This document shows, piece by piece, positions 7,633 to 17,835 of a stretch of DNA of 64,000 bases. Made by a program: the position numbers and the translations under genes. The stretch is from a virus. The notes below the pieces were generated by a model that saw nothing but the letters and a program-made list of their open reading frames with translations, was not told the origin of the DNA and did not search any database. The stretch lies in IMG/VR virus record IMGVR_UViG_3300020462_000001, positions 1 to 64,000 of that record. One strand, given 5' to 3'. Every line of letters begins with the position of its first letter. The stretch's first letter is position 1.

Positions 7633-8512
7633 AAATCCAATCCATCACATCAATTTCGGGTTTCCATCCAATGACTTCACCAATCCTATCTATATTTGCA
7701 AGAGTGGTTGAGGCTTCACCAGGACGTTCAGGTAAGTATACCTGATTATCAGAGATAGCATTAGCAATCTCTTGAATAGAATAGTTCTTACCACTACCTA
7801 CATTGTATACATGGCCCAACATATGGTAGATAGGTGATATGGCCGCAAGATAGTTTGCTCTTGCTACATCTTGAACATGAACAAAGTCACGTCTCTGTGA
7901 ACCATCACCAATAATAGTAAGTGCGTCCCCACACTTTGCTTGTCTCTGAAAGATACCAATCACTGGTGCATATTGACCAACAGTAGGAGACCTATCACCA
8001 AACACATTGAAGTATCTAAGTGATACTGTCTCTAAACCATAGAGATCTGTATACATCTTACAAAGTTTCTCACCTGTAATCTTGGATACAGAGTAAGGGT
8101 TCAGACAATCATCAGGTTGTGTCTCTACATTAGGCCAAGGATTTCCACCATAACCAGATGATGTAGAGGAATATACAACCCTCTTCACACCAGCCTCTCT
8201 TGCACATTGTAGGACTACAGTAGTTCCAACACAGTTCATCTTGACTGCATGAATAGGATTCTCAATGGCAGGTTGTAGACGACTCTCTGCTGCAAGGTGA
8301 AACACATAATCCACACCATCAAACAGAGGTCTCATCTGTTTATACTTTGTGATGTCTGCCTTTGCATTCTGTGTCTTCTTATTCCAGTGAAACTTATTAT
8401 TGTTTGCACTTTCATTATCAACACAAATGACTTCGTATTTCTTATGAAGAAGGTAATCTACTAGGTTTGAACCGATGAAACCTGCAGCTCCTGTAACTAA
8501 TGCTTTAACCAT
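7619..8512 (-). CDS. NAD-dependent nucleotide-sugar epimerase/dehydratase
   Basis: TGAAGFIGS, YSVSK (YxxxK), LRYFNVFG, RDFVHV. Confidence 0.95.
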   Translation of the reverse strand: MVKALVTGAAGFIGSNLVDYLLHKKYEVICVDNESANNNKFHWNKKTQNAKADITKYKQMRPLFDGVDYVFHLAAESRLQPAIENPIHAVKMNCVGTTVVLQCAREAGVKRVVYSSTSSGYGGNPWPNVETQPDDCLNPYSVSKITGEKLCKMYTDLYGLETVSLRYFNVFGDRSPTVGQYAPVIGIFQRQAKCGDALTIIGDGSQRRDFVHVQDVARANYLAAISPIYHMLGHVYNVGSGKNYSIQEIANAISDNQVYLPERPGEASTTLANIDRIGEVIGWKPEIDVMDWIYDQR

Positions 8513-9236
8513 GGATAGATTGATAGATAAGATTTTTTAATCGTGTAGTAGAATACACATGTTCACTTCTGGGAATCCATACGATAGGAATACCCACCCC
8601 AACACCACTATAACTACCATCCGCATAGTCATCACCAAGAAACCTTAGATGGTATTCACCAGATTCAAGAAAGTTTAGAAACTCACTCTCAACATCATAA
8701 GTAACTACTTCATCAACATTCTTCAGTGACAATAGGATTTCTTTCCTGTCCTCTACTGATTGGACTGGTGCCAGCTTCCAACTCCTCTCGGAGTTAGGGT
8801 TGGTATGAAGGGCAACTGTTAGATGATTACAATGTTGTTTGGCAAAGGAAAACATCCTAGTGTAACCAGGATGAATAATATCAAAGGCACCAGCAACAAT
8901 ACCTTTCTTCTGTGGTTGTGTTTTCTTCCACTCCTCTACATTGATACCTTTGTCATCAATAAAGATATCAGCGTTTGGTTTGAGAAACATGGGCTCCAGT
9001 TGATGATACTTTACACCCCACTTTTTCAACTGTTCCTTTGTGAGATCTGACCAATCAATACCAGATGCCTTACCCCTTGCAGTAAAAATTGTGATGTGGT
9101 TACCCTCATCATATAATCTATTGACAGTCTCAACCATAAAGGGAAATGGTGTGGCCTCTAAGTAACCTGGCTTGTTATCATCAGGTCTCATTGGAGTGTG
9201 ACAAATAGTCCCATCCAAGTCAAAACAATATCTCAT
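8505..9236 (-). CDS. HAD phosphatase fused to TagD/RfaE-like nucleotidyltransferase
   Basis: FDLDGT...IFTAR...KP..DIFIDDK, then GAFDIIHPGY...GDDY...YSTT. Confidence 0.85.
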   Translation of the reverse strand: MRYCFDLDGTICHTPMRPDDNKPGYLEATPFPFMVETVNRLYDEGNHITIFTARGKASGIDWSDLTKEQLKKWGVKYHQLEPMFLKPNADIFIDDKGINVEEWKKTQPQKKGIVAGAFDIIHPGYTRMFSFAKQHCNHLTVALHTNPNSERSWKLAPVQSVEDRKEILLSLKNVDEVVTYDVESEFLNFLESGEYHLRFLGDDYADGSYSGVGVGIPIVWIPRSEHVYSTTRLKNLIYQSIHG

Positions 9237-9757
9237 ACCACTCCATGTAAGAATATCTGATGAACACACTCTACCACACCATAGGACTCTGAGTCAACAT
9301 GGTAATCAAACTTTGAGAAGTTTGCAAAGTTTGCATTTCTCCTCATAGTGTTGTGTGGACTGAACCCAGTTAGAATACCATGATCAATTCCATTGTAATT
9401 ACAATGTTTCTGACAGTTGATCATATTCAGTGACTCTCCACTAGAACTAATCAGAACTACCAGAGTATCTTCTTCTACATGGTACTTCAGGAACTCAACA
9501 TAAGCATTCTCATAACCATAATCATTTGTCAACATAGTCAACATAGAAGGATCAGACAATACATTCACCTTCTTCTGATGAAACTTCATATAATCTTGTG
9601 AGATATGAGATGCAACAGAGTTACTACCTCCATTCCCAAGAATGATAATACGATTATGTCTATCGAACTGATCTTGATACCTCTCAAACTCATCTTCGGC
9701 ATGAGCGTGTTCCAATGCTTCGACATAGGATTTAAAAGGATTCACCTTTAACTCCAT
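9233..9757 (-). CDS. gmhA: Phosphoheptose isomerase (SIS domain)
   Basis: GNGGS, NDYGY, ISSSGES, YGVVECVH. Confidence 0.8.
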   Translation of the reverse strand: MELKVNPFKSYVEALEHAHAEDEFERYQDQFDRHNRIIILGNGGSNSVASHISQDYMKFHQKKVNVLSDPSMLTMLTNDYGYENAYVEFLKYHVEEDTLVVLISSSGESLNMINCQKHCNYNGIDHGILTGFSPHNTMRRNANFANFSKFDYHVDSESYGVVECVHQIFLHGVV

Positions 9758-10682
9758 CAGATACCACCTTTATTTTAACATTTTCATATGGAATATTCAA
9801 TGTGTTTGTTTCAGAAAATACAAGAAAGAAACCACCATTACCTGCTCCACACAGTTTGTGAGCCACCACACTATCATTATTAGATAGAACCTTATCCATA
9901 TCTTGGATGTGTTCGTTCTCTGCAATAGAAGAACTTGTTTTCTTCTTCTGTTCCCATGACTTATTCAGTTCCTTAAGGATATGTTTGTAGTCCTTCTTCT
10001 TGAAGAACTCATATGCATGATCAACAATCTTCAGGAGGGGTTTGATTTTGTCGAGGTTTCCTGTGACACTCTTGAGTATCTTTTTAGAGTTCCTTGTAAC
10101 ACCAGTAAAGACAAGATGAGTATCATAGTGATCAAATAGATCAGTAGGTAGATACTCATACTTGATAGTGTTGATATCATAAAACTCAATTCTTTTAAAC
10201 CCTCCCACACCGCAACCATAGGGGTCTTGATAGCCACAATAAGGGTTGAACTTAAGTTCGAGAACATAGGCTAGAGAACAGATTTCCGTATCGGTTTTCT
10301 CAATACCTTGAAACAAACAACAAGCTTTGATAAGGCTAATGAGATATGAAGATGAAGATGCCAACCCACTTCCTTGTGAGTATGCATCACTAGTTAGGGT
10401 GACTTGAACAGGAGGCATATCAAAATACTCCAGAACAGTCCTTACAACTTCATTCTGGATATCATCAATACAATATACCTCTTCCCTCTTTGAGTAGTTG
10501 ATAATGTATTTGTGTTGATCCTTATTGAAACCAAACCTATCCTGACTGATAGTCACATAGGTCTTCAGGTCACATGCAAAACTAATTACAGATCCATAAC
10601 CATACTTATCAACAAAGAATGGGTTGTCAGTAGAACCACCGAAGAGTGAGATCCTCAATGGACAAGATGTGATGATCATCAA
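9732..10682 (-). CDS. hddA: D-glycero-alpha-D-manno-heptose-7-phosphate kinase (GHMP)
   Basis: PLRISLFGGSTD, GSGLASSS, GYQD, KLCGAGNGGF. Confidence 0.85.
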   Translation of the reverse strand: MMIITSCPLRISLFGGSTDNPFFVDKYGYGSVISFACDLKTYVTISQDRFGFNKDQHKYIINYSKREEVYCIDDIQNEVVRTVLEYFDMPPVQVTLTSDAYSQGSGLASSSSYLISLIKACCLFQGIEKTDTEICSLAYVLELKFNPYCGYQDPYGCGVGGFKRIEFYDINTIKYEYLPTDLFDHYDTHLVFTGVTRNSKKILKSVTGNLDKIKPLLKIVDHAYEFFKKKDYKHILKELNKSWEQKKKTSSSIAENEHIQDMDKVLSNNDSVVAHKLCGAGNGGFFLVFSETNTLNIPYENVKIKVVSDGVKGESF

Positions 10683-11038
10683 TCTCCTTTCATAATACGA
10701 ATACTATCACTATCAAAGTGTGTTGTCGAGAACTCAAACAATTCTGTGTCTTTAAGTGCATACATTTGATGTCTCATACCCTTAGGCACATGAAACTTAT
10801 CTCCCTCAACAAGGAGAATCTTATCTGCATTCTCTATCCTATCTTGATAAGAGTATACAACTTCAACAGCACCTCTTTGGATATAGAACACCTCATCTTT
10901 CAGTAGGTGATAGTGCCATGAGCACTTCTTACCCTGAGCAAAGTAGAGAATCTTTCCACAATACTCAGGGCAATTCACAATCCATTTTTCGAAACCCCAC
11001 CCTTTCGATACAAACTTGATGGGATCACTCGCATGCAT
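10679..11038 (-). CDS. Cupin sugar isomerase-like protein
   Basis: KGWGFE, SWHYHLLKDEVF, HVPKGMRH, FEFST; likely start MHASDP. Confidence 0.85.
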   Translation of the reverse strand: MHASDPIKFVSKGWGFEKWIVNCPEYCGKILYFAQGKKCSWHYHLLKDEVFYIQRGAVEVVYSYQDRIENADKILLVEGDKFHVPKGMRHQMYALKDTELFEFSTTHFDSDSIRIMKGD

Positions 11039-11447
11039 CTTTGCATCTCCTGATGACTTCTGTTGTTGAATACCCTTCCCTTCTGTCAAGGAACCTAACA
11101 TCCTCACAAAACTCTCTACCGACCACATCCCCATGCCTCCAGTCACCACCTAACAACATAATATCTGGTTTGATCATTTGGATTGAGTTTCTTAATCCTT
11201 CCCTATCATCAAACCCTAATACCAAATCTATGTATCTGATAGATTCTAACATGATCTTACGATCTATGAAAGTGTTGATAGGTCTTGATGGTCCCTTACT
11301 GTTTCTGACTTTGTTATCTGAATCGAGGCCAACAATGACCCTTCCTTCAGTTCCTGCCAAACATCTGGCGACTGAAAACAACTTAATATGAGCAGGAGTG
11401 AGAATATCATAGCAACCATTTAACCATACAGTTTTAGTTTGGGACAC
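11025..11447 (-). CDS. RfaE/HldE domain II-like heptose-1-phosphate nucleotidyltransferase
   Basis: NGCYDILTPAH, VGLDSD, KGPSRPIN, GGDW, GYSTT. Confidence 0.88.
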   Translation of the reverse strand: MSQTKTVWLNGCYDILTPAHIKLFSVARCLAGTEGRVIVGLDSDNKVRNSKGPSRPINTFIDRKIMLESIRYIDLVLGFDDREGLRNSIQMIKPDIMLLGGDWRHGDVVGREFCEDVRFLDRREGYSTTEVIRRCKDACE

Positions 11448-12174
11448 TTGTGCCTCTCTTAGATACTACTTTACTTGCCTGTCTGTTGGCATACTTGATA
11501 GCCCTAACAATATCTTTATCTTGTGAGTATGCTACTACCAGTGCTGCCAGGAATGTATCACCAGCTCCACTCACATCTAAGGTTTCTACCTCATGTTTCA
11601 CTGGATACATCTGACCATTCCACATAACACCATCTCTACCTAAAGTTTGAATAACTTTGTCTCCAAAGATGCCAACAAAACCTTCACTGATCTCCGCTTC
11701 AAAGTTATTGATCTTGATATACTTGGCATCATATGCCCAAGTATCTAACGGTTTCTTCGTGTCAAGAAATACGGAATCATGACTAGCACATATCCACTCA
11801 ATATCATCCCAATTGAGAAATCCCTTATCATAATCTGAAATGATGACATGTTTATAGTCCTTTAGGTTGAGATCAAATACATCAATACTCTCTGTGAATT
11901 GTGGAGTATCAACACGACAGAACATATGATTGCTCTTCTCATCTACAAATCTATTCTTAGTAATAGATTCCCAGTTATCATTGGTGATAATGTCTACTTT
12001 ACCTTTAGGAAGCATGTTACATACATTCCTGTAGACATTCATAGCCATACCAGGCATCTGTTCCACATGATCCACTTCCAGAATAGGAACCGGTTTCTCT
12101 GGTGATAATCTTTTTACATCACAATAGGTGTAGATGTCTTGACAACTATCACCAATGATAAGAATCTTCTTCAC
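11434..12174 (-). CDS. RfaE/HldE domain I-like heptose-7-phosphate kinase (PfkB)
   Basis: IIGDS..D.Y, RLSPEKPVP, ISDYDKG, DVSGAGDTF. Confidence 0.9.
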   Translation of the reverse strand: MKKILIIGDSCQDIYTYCDVKRLSPEKPVPILEVDHVEQMPGMAMNVYRNVCNMLPKGKVDIITNDNWESITKNRFVDEKSNHMFCRVDTPQFTESIDVFDLNLKDYKHVIISDYDKGFLNWDDIEWICASHDSVFLDTKKPLDTWAYDAKYIKINNFEAEISEGFVGIFGDKVIQTLGRDGVMWNGQMYPVKHEVETLDVSGAGDTFLAALVVAYSQDKDIVRAIKYANRQASKVVSKRGTSVPN

Positions 12175-12665
12175 TCTTTCTCTCCCATTACCATGAAGGA
12201 ATCATTGAGGTCTCTGTTACCCACAAACACATTACTAAATCCGATGTCCTTCATCATATCACCAATACACTCAGGTGTCAAGGCATGAAGGTGTTTCCTG
12301 TTGTTCCAGGGTCTCCAGTACTCCTGTGAGTAGTGTGGAAGGTATAGGAAGAGGGTTCCACCTACCTTCAGTTTATCTCTCCAGTAGTAGAGAGTTTCTA
12401 CCCAGTCAGGAACATGTTCCAAACAATGACTGGAGTAGATATAATCCACCTCTTCTATTGGTAGGTTGTTTGCATGCCAGTCATCATCAAACTCTAAATC
12501 AATAGCAATGGCACCAGGAAATGCCCACTCCTTCTTACAACATCCAATATCATATCCAACACCATCACAAACATACTTTGCAAATGGGATAGCAAACTGA
12601 GATGCGTTACCCTGAGCCTGAAACTCTGGGTAACTTTTTCCTTTAAATGTTACTGTCTTTATCAT
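12171..12665 (-). CDS. SAM-dependent methyltransferase
   Basis: DIGC, YIYSSHCLEHV, LKVGG. Confidence 0.85.
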   Translation of the reverse strand: MIKTVTFKGKSYPEFQAQGNASQFAIPFAKYVCDGVGYDIGCCKKEWAFPGAIAIDLEFDDDWHANNLPIEEVDYIYSSHCLEHVPDWVETLYYWRDKLKVGGTLFLYLPHYSQEYWRPWNNRKHLHALTPECIGDMMKDIGFSNVFVGNRDLNDSFMVMGEKE

Positions 12666-13399
12666 ATTATTTCGTATCGAACATTGTCATAGATGAATAA
12701 TTTTCCAGTATCCATATGTTTATTATACCAGTATTCTTCCATGATACAGATACTATTTAAAGTAGGTCTATCCTTTTCTTTAATAGCCGATGACATATGA
12801 CTAGCACCACTACTGAGTGCCACTATACCATAAGAGTTTGTAATAAGATCATAGTAATCAAAGAGACCATCAACAACAACCTTTTCATCTAGGTTCATAT
12901 CATACTCATGAGTTCTCTTACCATGATTGAGATTCTTACTGAATACTACTTCAACAAATCTCTTATTAGGAAACTCACTTCTGATCTCTTCCAACTTCCT
13001 TCTAAGTGATTCGATTGGATAGGTAACACTGATACAAGAGAAGTCAACTAGGAACGCATCACTATATCCAACAATGGATAGTGGTTTGTAATAAAGTTTT
13101 GGATACTTATTGACTGGTTTCAATCCATGTAGTTGTTCGATGTTTGCAATGTGATCACCAGCAATATTATGATAGTTTAGATCTGGCAGATCACCTGCAT
13201 TCCTTTCACCATGTTTGATTCCAACAACATAAGGATTGAAGAACCAAACCATCTTGTAGATATCATCATTTCTGAACTCACTATCTGCCCATATGTAAGT
13301 TTTTCTTCCTTGTTGTTTGTAGAATTGTTCTGGTAGAGTTGACAGCTGGAGATTGTCACCCAACCCTCCATGCCATGCTCCTAAGATCACATCTTCCAT
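12662..13399 (-). CDS. Putative glycosyltransferase (GT9-like heptosyltransferase motifs)
   Basis: N-terminal HGGLGDNL and C-terminal SSGASHMS resemble GT9 GD / DSGxxH motifs. Confidence 0.5.
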   Translation of the reverse strand: MEDVILGAWHGGLGDNLQLSTLPEQFYKQQGRKTYIWADSEFRNDDIYKMVWFFNPYVVGIKHGERNAGDLPDLNYHNIAGDHIANIEQLHGLKPVNKYPKLYYKPLSIVGYSDAFLVDFSCISVTYPIESLRRKLEEIRSEFPNKRFVEVVFSKNLNHGKRTHEYDMNLDEKVVVDGLFDYYDLITNSYGIVALSSGASHMSSAIKEKDRPTLNSICIMEEYWYNKHMDTGKLFIYDNVRYEII

Positions 13400-14007
13400 A
13401 CGATTTGGTATCCCTCATAAAGTAATTCTGCTCCAATGTTTTCCATGAAATCTTTCACATAGTTACCCTTACCAATGAGACCACCAGTAAAGAATCCATC
13501 ATGGTCATCCACACAAATGATAGTTCCTTTCCTACACTTTCTAATGATAGCACAGAGTTCCTTCACATGATGTAGTTGAGAGGGGTGTGGATTCTCTCTT
13601 TCAATATCATAGGAGTCCAGATACAGAAAGTCAATAGTTCCTTTCAATCTGATGTTCCAAAGAAACTCTACAGAGTCAGAACAATATGCTGTTGTTCTAT
13701 CTGATGTCATTGAGTTGGCATAATCTACATTAGCCTGACACAAATCAACAGAGATCACTTGACCATCATAGTAGTTGATGAAGTCATCAAAGATATATGT
13801 ACTAGCTCCATCATCACCAAAGGCAAGATCACCATGATCCTGTCTCATACACCCTGTTTCCACAATGGTGTAATCATCCTTATTCATCTTATCCAGTTCT
13901 TCAAAGACGATACTGAATGAAGATGCTCTATCCCTTTGTGGATTGTTCCCTGCTGGTTTCAACAAACGAGCAAAGAACTTTTTACTGAACTGATCTGAAT
14001 AACTCAT
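13387..14007 (-). CDS. Class I SAM-dependent methyltransferase
   Basis: IVETGC, GAST, DFLYLDS, CVDD. Confidence 0.8.
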   Translation of the reverse strand: MSYSDQFSKKFFARLLKPAGNNPQRDRASSFSIVFEELDKMNKDDYTIVETGCMRQDHGDLAFGDDGASTYIFDDFINYYDGQVISVDLCQANVDYANSMTSDRTTAYCSDSVEFLWNIRLKGTIDFLYLDSYDIERENPHPSQLHHVKELCAIIRKCRKGTIICVDDHDGFFTGGLIGKGNYVKDFMENIGAELLYEGYQIVWKM

Positions 14008-14624
14008 TCTTCTACCTTCTTCGATAACATCACATGGAAACTATAATCCTCATCCCTCAACTTATTCTCAAAGGGATACACATCAACCTTGAATTGTTTA
14101 GGTAGAATCTCATACACCCATGTATCAACTTCAAAGTTAGATACATGATACTTATCTTCAAAATCAATACTGATACTACCAACAAAGATACCATCATCTT
14201 TTAGGTGATCCAGAATGTTCTGAAAGAATTGTTCTAACTCATCAGGTTCAATGTGCTCAATCACTTCCCATGAGTTGATCATATCAAACTTAACTTGTTC
14301 CCCATCCTCTTCAATCCTATAGGGTTTTGCTGCATCAGCAGTCCATAGAATGTCTTGATAGTATGTTGCCCAACCTTCTCTTCCTGCCTTAGCACTATAG
14401 TCACTACCTTCAATACCAACAGACTTATGTCCTCTGTTATGAAGATCCACTACTAGTTGCCCACCAGAACAACCAATGTCTAGGAAGTTGATCTTCCTAC
14501 CTTCAAAGTGTTTCTCAATCTCTTCAATATATGCCAGAGATGTATTGTTATCTCCCTTTGTTCCCCAAGGTTCAATGTGATCCAGTGATTCATAAGCTAC
14601 TGGATAATCTGTAATAACTTTCAT
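14004..14624 (-). CDS. Class I SAM-dependent methyltransferase
   Basis: LDIGCSGG, GIEGS, WEVIEHI. Confidence 0.88.
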   Translation of the reverse strand: MKVITDYPVAYESLDHIEPWGTKGDNNTSLAYIEEIEKHFEGRKINFLDIGCSGGQLVVDLHNRGHKSVGIEGSDYSAKAGREGWATYYQDILWTADAAKPYRIEEDGEQVKFDMINSWEVIEHIEPDELEQFFQNILDHLKDDGIFVGSISIDFEDKYHVSNFEVDTWVYEILPKQFKVDVYPFENKLRDEDYSFHVMLSKKVEE

Positions 14625-14629
14625 GATAA

Positions 14630-16219
14630 TCAGCTAACCTTCCTATTTACAATGATTTTTCTGTCCTCTAAAATGTCACTGTTTCTTTCATAGAATATCT
14701 TACTATTCTTATGTTGTGACTTCAGTAACCAAGAAGCAGGTTGTCCAGATACTCTAGTTCCTCCCCACTCACCATCAGATCTCATATTGATCCAATAACA
14801 ACCACACACTTTACCAAGTTCTTTGTGTGCTCTGAACATTAAATCATGATCATCCATATCCTGTGGAGAATATGCCTCATCAAAGTAGTTCAATTTCTTC
14901 AGATCTTCAAGATCAATCATCAGAGGTCCACGATTCACTGTAGCACGAACTGCAAATGTGTCTCTAGGAGTATTAGATGCATCAGCCTCATCACAGGATT
15001 GGAGAATATCACACCAACAATTATCCAGATCTTCTTTCATACCTAGATGAACAGAGTTTGGATTTGCTTGATAGTTATGTGCAGTTCTGGCAGTTACAGC
15101 GAACACATCATCAAACTTAGTGAATGGTTTCTGCATTCTACGATTCCAACCACCTTCTTGAATCACCATATCATCTTGAATGATGATCACATAATCACCA
15201 GTTGCCACTTTGATTCCAGCATTGTTTGCCTTGGTTTCAAATACATCAGGTGTATGAACAATCTTGTAATCAATCTCTGTGGATTCTAATGTTTTCATAA
15301 TAACTTCTTCTGAGTTATCAGTACATCCATCAATCACCACAATCAATTCATACTCACCGACAGTGTATTCATCAATCGATTGAATCACTTTATCGATCAA
15401 CCAATCCTTATTGTGAACAGTAAGAATTAAAGAGTGTTTAGAATCAAGACCACCAGAGTATGGACACTCATTAATAATTTCTACCAGATGATTGTCTACC
15501 GGTCTGTAGATAGGTGCACCACTAGATAGGTATCTTTCATACCACCCATCAGCATTACACTCAATGTAGTTCCTAATAGAACCACTATCAACAGACAATC
15601 CATCTCTGATTGCAATGTTGGTTAGGATAGCTTGATCCTTTGCAGAATAACCATCAAACTCTGGGAAGTTATCCTTACCTGAGAAACTACTATCCTCACC
15701 ATTTACTCTCTCATCTAAACCATACTTCAACCACTCTTCTAGAATAGCCTTAGCTTCATCACACACTCTCCAGAAGGTAATACCAGCCTCTAGTTGTCTA
15801 GAGTTCCAGTATTCTATGGAATCACAATCCATGTAAACAAAACAATCCCTCTTGGTGACTGTCTTCTGAATAGTATTACCGATGACTAGAAGACATGGAT
15901 CATCTTCCATGACTTCATCAACATAATCAAAAAGATCTGGGTGAAGAACATCCTCAGTATCACATAGGACAATCTTGTCACCTTCATTCAGTGACTTCAT
16001 TGCCTCCAGGACCATCACAGGTTTCCAACTACACCAACCATACTTCTTATCTTCTGTGAAGTAATCCTGATTCTCTTTGTATGTTGAGGTCTCCTTAAGA
16101 TCATCAAGACCATAACGAAATGCCTTAGCACCTCTCCTCTCTGCTGTATCAGAAATATACTTCTGATAGCTTTTGAATAACTTACCACCGTAAGCAAATG
16201 TAACCAAGTTCCAAGTCAT
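14630..16219 (-). CDS. Two-domain glycosyltransferase (N-terminal GT-like plus C-terminal GT2)
   Basis: WKP...DQAILT N-domain; LTVHN, VIDGCTD, ANNAG, IQDD GT2 motifs. Confidence 0.85.
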   Translation of the reverse strand: MTWNLVTFAYGGKLFKSYQKYISDTAERRGAKAFRYGLDDLKETSTYKENQDYFTEDKKYGWCSWKPVMVLEAMKSLNEGDKIVLCDTEDVLHPDLFDYVDEVMEDDPCLLVIGNTIQKTVTKRDCFVYMDCDSIEYWNSRQLEAGITFWRVCDEAKAILEEWLKYGLDERVNGEDSSFSGKDNFPEFDGYSAKDQAILTNIAIRDGLSVDSGSIRNYIECNADGWYERYLSSGAPIYRPVDNHLVEIINECPYSGGLDSKHSLILTVHNKDWLIDKVIQSIDEYTVGEYELIVVIDGCTDNSEEVIMKTLESTEIDYKIVHTPDVFETKANNAGIKVATGDYVIIIQDDMVIQEGGWNRRMQKPFTKFDDVFAVTARTAHNYQANPNSVHLGMKEDLDNCWCDILQSCDEADASNTPRDTFAVRATVNRGPLMIDLEDLKKLNYFDEAYSPQDMDDHDLMFRAHKELGKVCGCYWINMRSDGEWGGTRVSGQPASWLLKSQHKNSKIFYERNSDILEDRKIIVNRKVS

Positions 16220-17019
16220 TAGAAATCCAGAATAGTCCAGTGAGAAGGATAAAGATCCTTAGTAGATTTGTGTGCATTGTTAGGACCAAACCAAGTCTTA
16301 GGTGCAATCACCTTTCCTCTGTTGGCCAACCATGCTCCCCACCATGAGAAGGTAGAGTTTGCAATGATGAAGTCACTACATTGTGTCATCAAAAAGAGAT
16401 CATGGTAAGGACCATTTTCATCAGAGATGATAAACCTCTCTGGTTGGAATAGTTCTTGACCAAAGGCCCACAATGGATCATCAGTGAATACAATGACTTC
16501 TCTGTCAGGATCAAACTGCTTCAGTGCAGCTTCATAATACTCAAGACCTAGATTGTGATGATTCTCTGCATTGATTAGGTAATCACCTCTACGAATATGT
16601 AAGGCAATAGGATCTTGAAATACTTCTTCTATGATCTCCTTACACTCATCTTGAATCTTCTTCTTGAATGTAAACTCTTTTCTGATCCTATCTTCTATGT
16701 GTAGGAAGTATCTTTCTGTTTGAAAGAAACCAATCAGGTTGTAGTCCTTACCAATCTTAAAGATACTCTCATCATAGTGAAAGTCTTTCTCTTGATAGTT
16801 CTTATCAGTAGGAACAAACCCAAGCCTGTCTGGTTTGATATCAAATACATCAAACAATTCAATACGAAGTTTGTTACCCAATGTATCCACTACCACATCA
16901 GTATGGTTAGGTATACAAAAAGATGTCCCAATTTTATCTGCCACACCAATGAGTGTAGCATATTGGAACATCTGATTACCAAGTTGACCTAGTTTTCCTA
17001 GGTAGTTCAATCCAATCAT
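16219..17019 (-). CDS. Glycosyltransferase family 11
   Basis: GQLGNQMFQYA, HIRRGDY, NSTFSWWGAWL. Confidence 0.93.
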   Translation of the reverse strand: MIGLNYLGKLGQLGNQMFQYATLIGVADKIGTSFCIPNHTDVVVDTLGNKLRIELFDVFDIKPDRLGFVPTDKNYQEKDFHYDESIFKIGKDYNLIGFFQTERYFLHIEDRIRKEFTFKKKIQDECKEIIEEVFQDPIALHIRRGDYLINAENHHNLGLEYYEAALKQFDPDREVIVFTDDPLWAFGQELFQPERFIISDENGPYHDLFLMTQCSDFIIANSTFSWWGAWLANRGKVIAPKTWFGPNNAHKSTKDLYPSHWTILDF

Positions 17020-17834
17020 TTGTATTTCTTTAGATACTTCTGTTCAGAATAATATTGTCTGAGTTCTTCTTCATTCAAGGACTGCAAGAACTCCCAAAGT
17101 TTGAAGTTATTCTGCATATGTGGATTGGTTAACCAGGAGTTAGGAGTCCTAGCATGTTCTAGATGATACACCCAGTTCTCAATCCTACCAACATTATAAC
17201 CTAGGAGGTTGAATCTATGGAGTCTCTCTTTGTCTTCTGGTGAATATGAGATAAAGTTCTCATTCTCCATACCAGCTTCAACATACACACTCTTCTTGAT
17301 GAACTGAGCATGTCCACTCTCTGCGTTATCAATCTCTACTTTCTTTTCCAGATGTGAGAACTGACAATCATTAGATAGAAATTTAGATACCATTTCATCG
17401 GTAGCAAATACTTTCTTTTGCCATGGTCCCTGTCCGTAAGGGTAGATGACATCAAAACCTCCCTCAGTGATAAACTTCTGTGCCTCTAAGTATGTCTTAA
17501 TCGGAAGAAGAACATCACAATCATAATTAGCAACAACTTCTGTATCACACATATGTAACATCTCATTGAGATATCTCATACGATAGAAGGTTGGATCAAC
17601 AGGTTCTGATTCCTCAAATACATGAGTCAGGTTGTTGATCTTATCTCCAAGATACTCCTTGATCTGAGGAAGAACACTCTCTTCAAATATAGATCTCCTA
17701 TCTACCTCCTTCAGAATAATACGAGTCTCAAAGTTCTCCAGAAGATAACAGAGAGTTGTAATAACATTCCTCATCCTATCTTCTGATTCGATACGGATAG
17801 GAATAATGAATGTTGTATCTTTTAAATCATGCAT
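17016..17834 (-). CDS. Glycosyltransferase (GT2/GT7-like)
   Basis: FIIPIR, NYDCD (DxD), GMENENFISYSPED, YHLEH. Confidence 0.85.
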   Translation of the reverse strand: MHDLKDTTFIIPIRIESEDRMRNVITTLCYLLENFETRIILKEVDRRSIFEESVLPQIKEYLGDKINNLTHVFEESEPVDPTFYRMRYLNEMLHMCDTEVVANYDCDVLLPIKTYLEAQKFITEGGFDVIYPYGQGPWQKKVFATDEMVSKFLSNDCQFSHLEKKVEIDNAESGHAQFIKKSVYVEAGMENENFISYSPEDKERLHRFNLLGYNVGRIENWVYHLEHARTPNSWLTNPHMQNNFKLWEFLQSLNEEELRQYYSEQKYLKKYK

Positions 17835-17835
17835 A

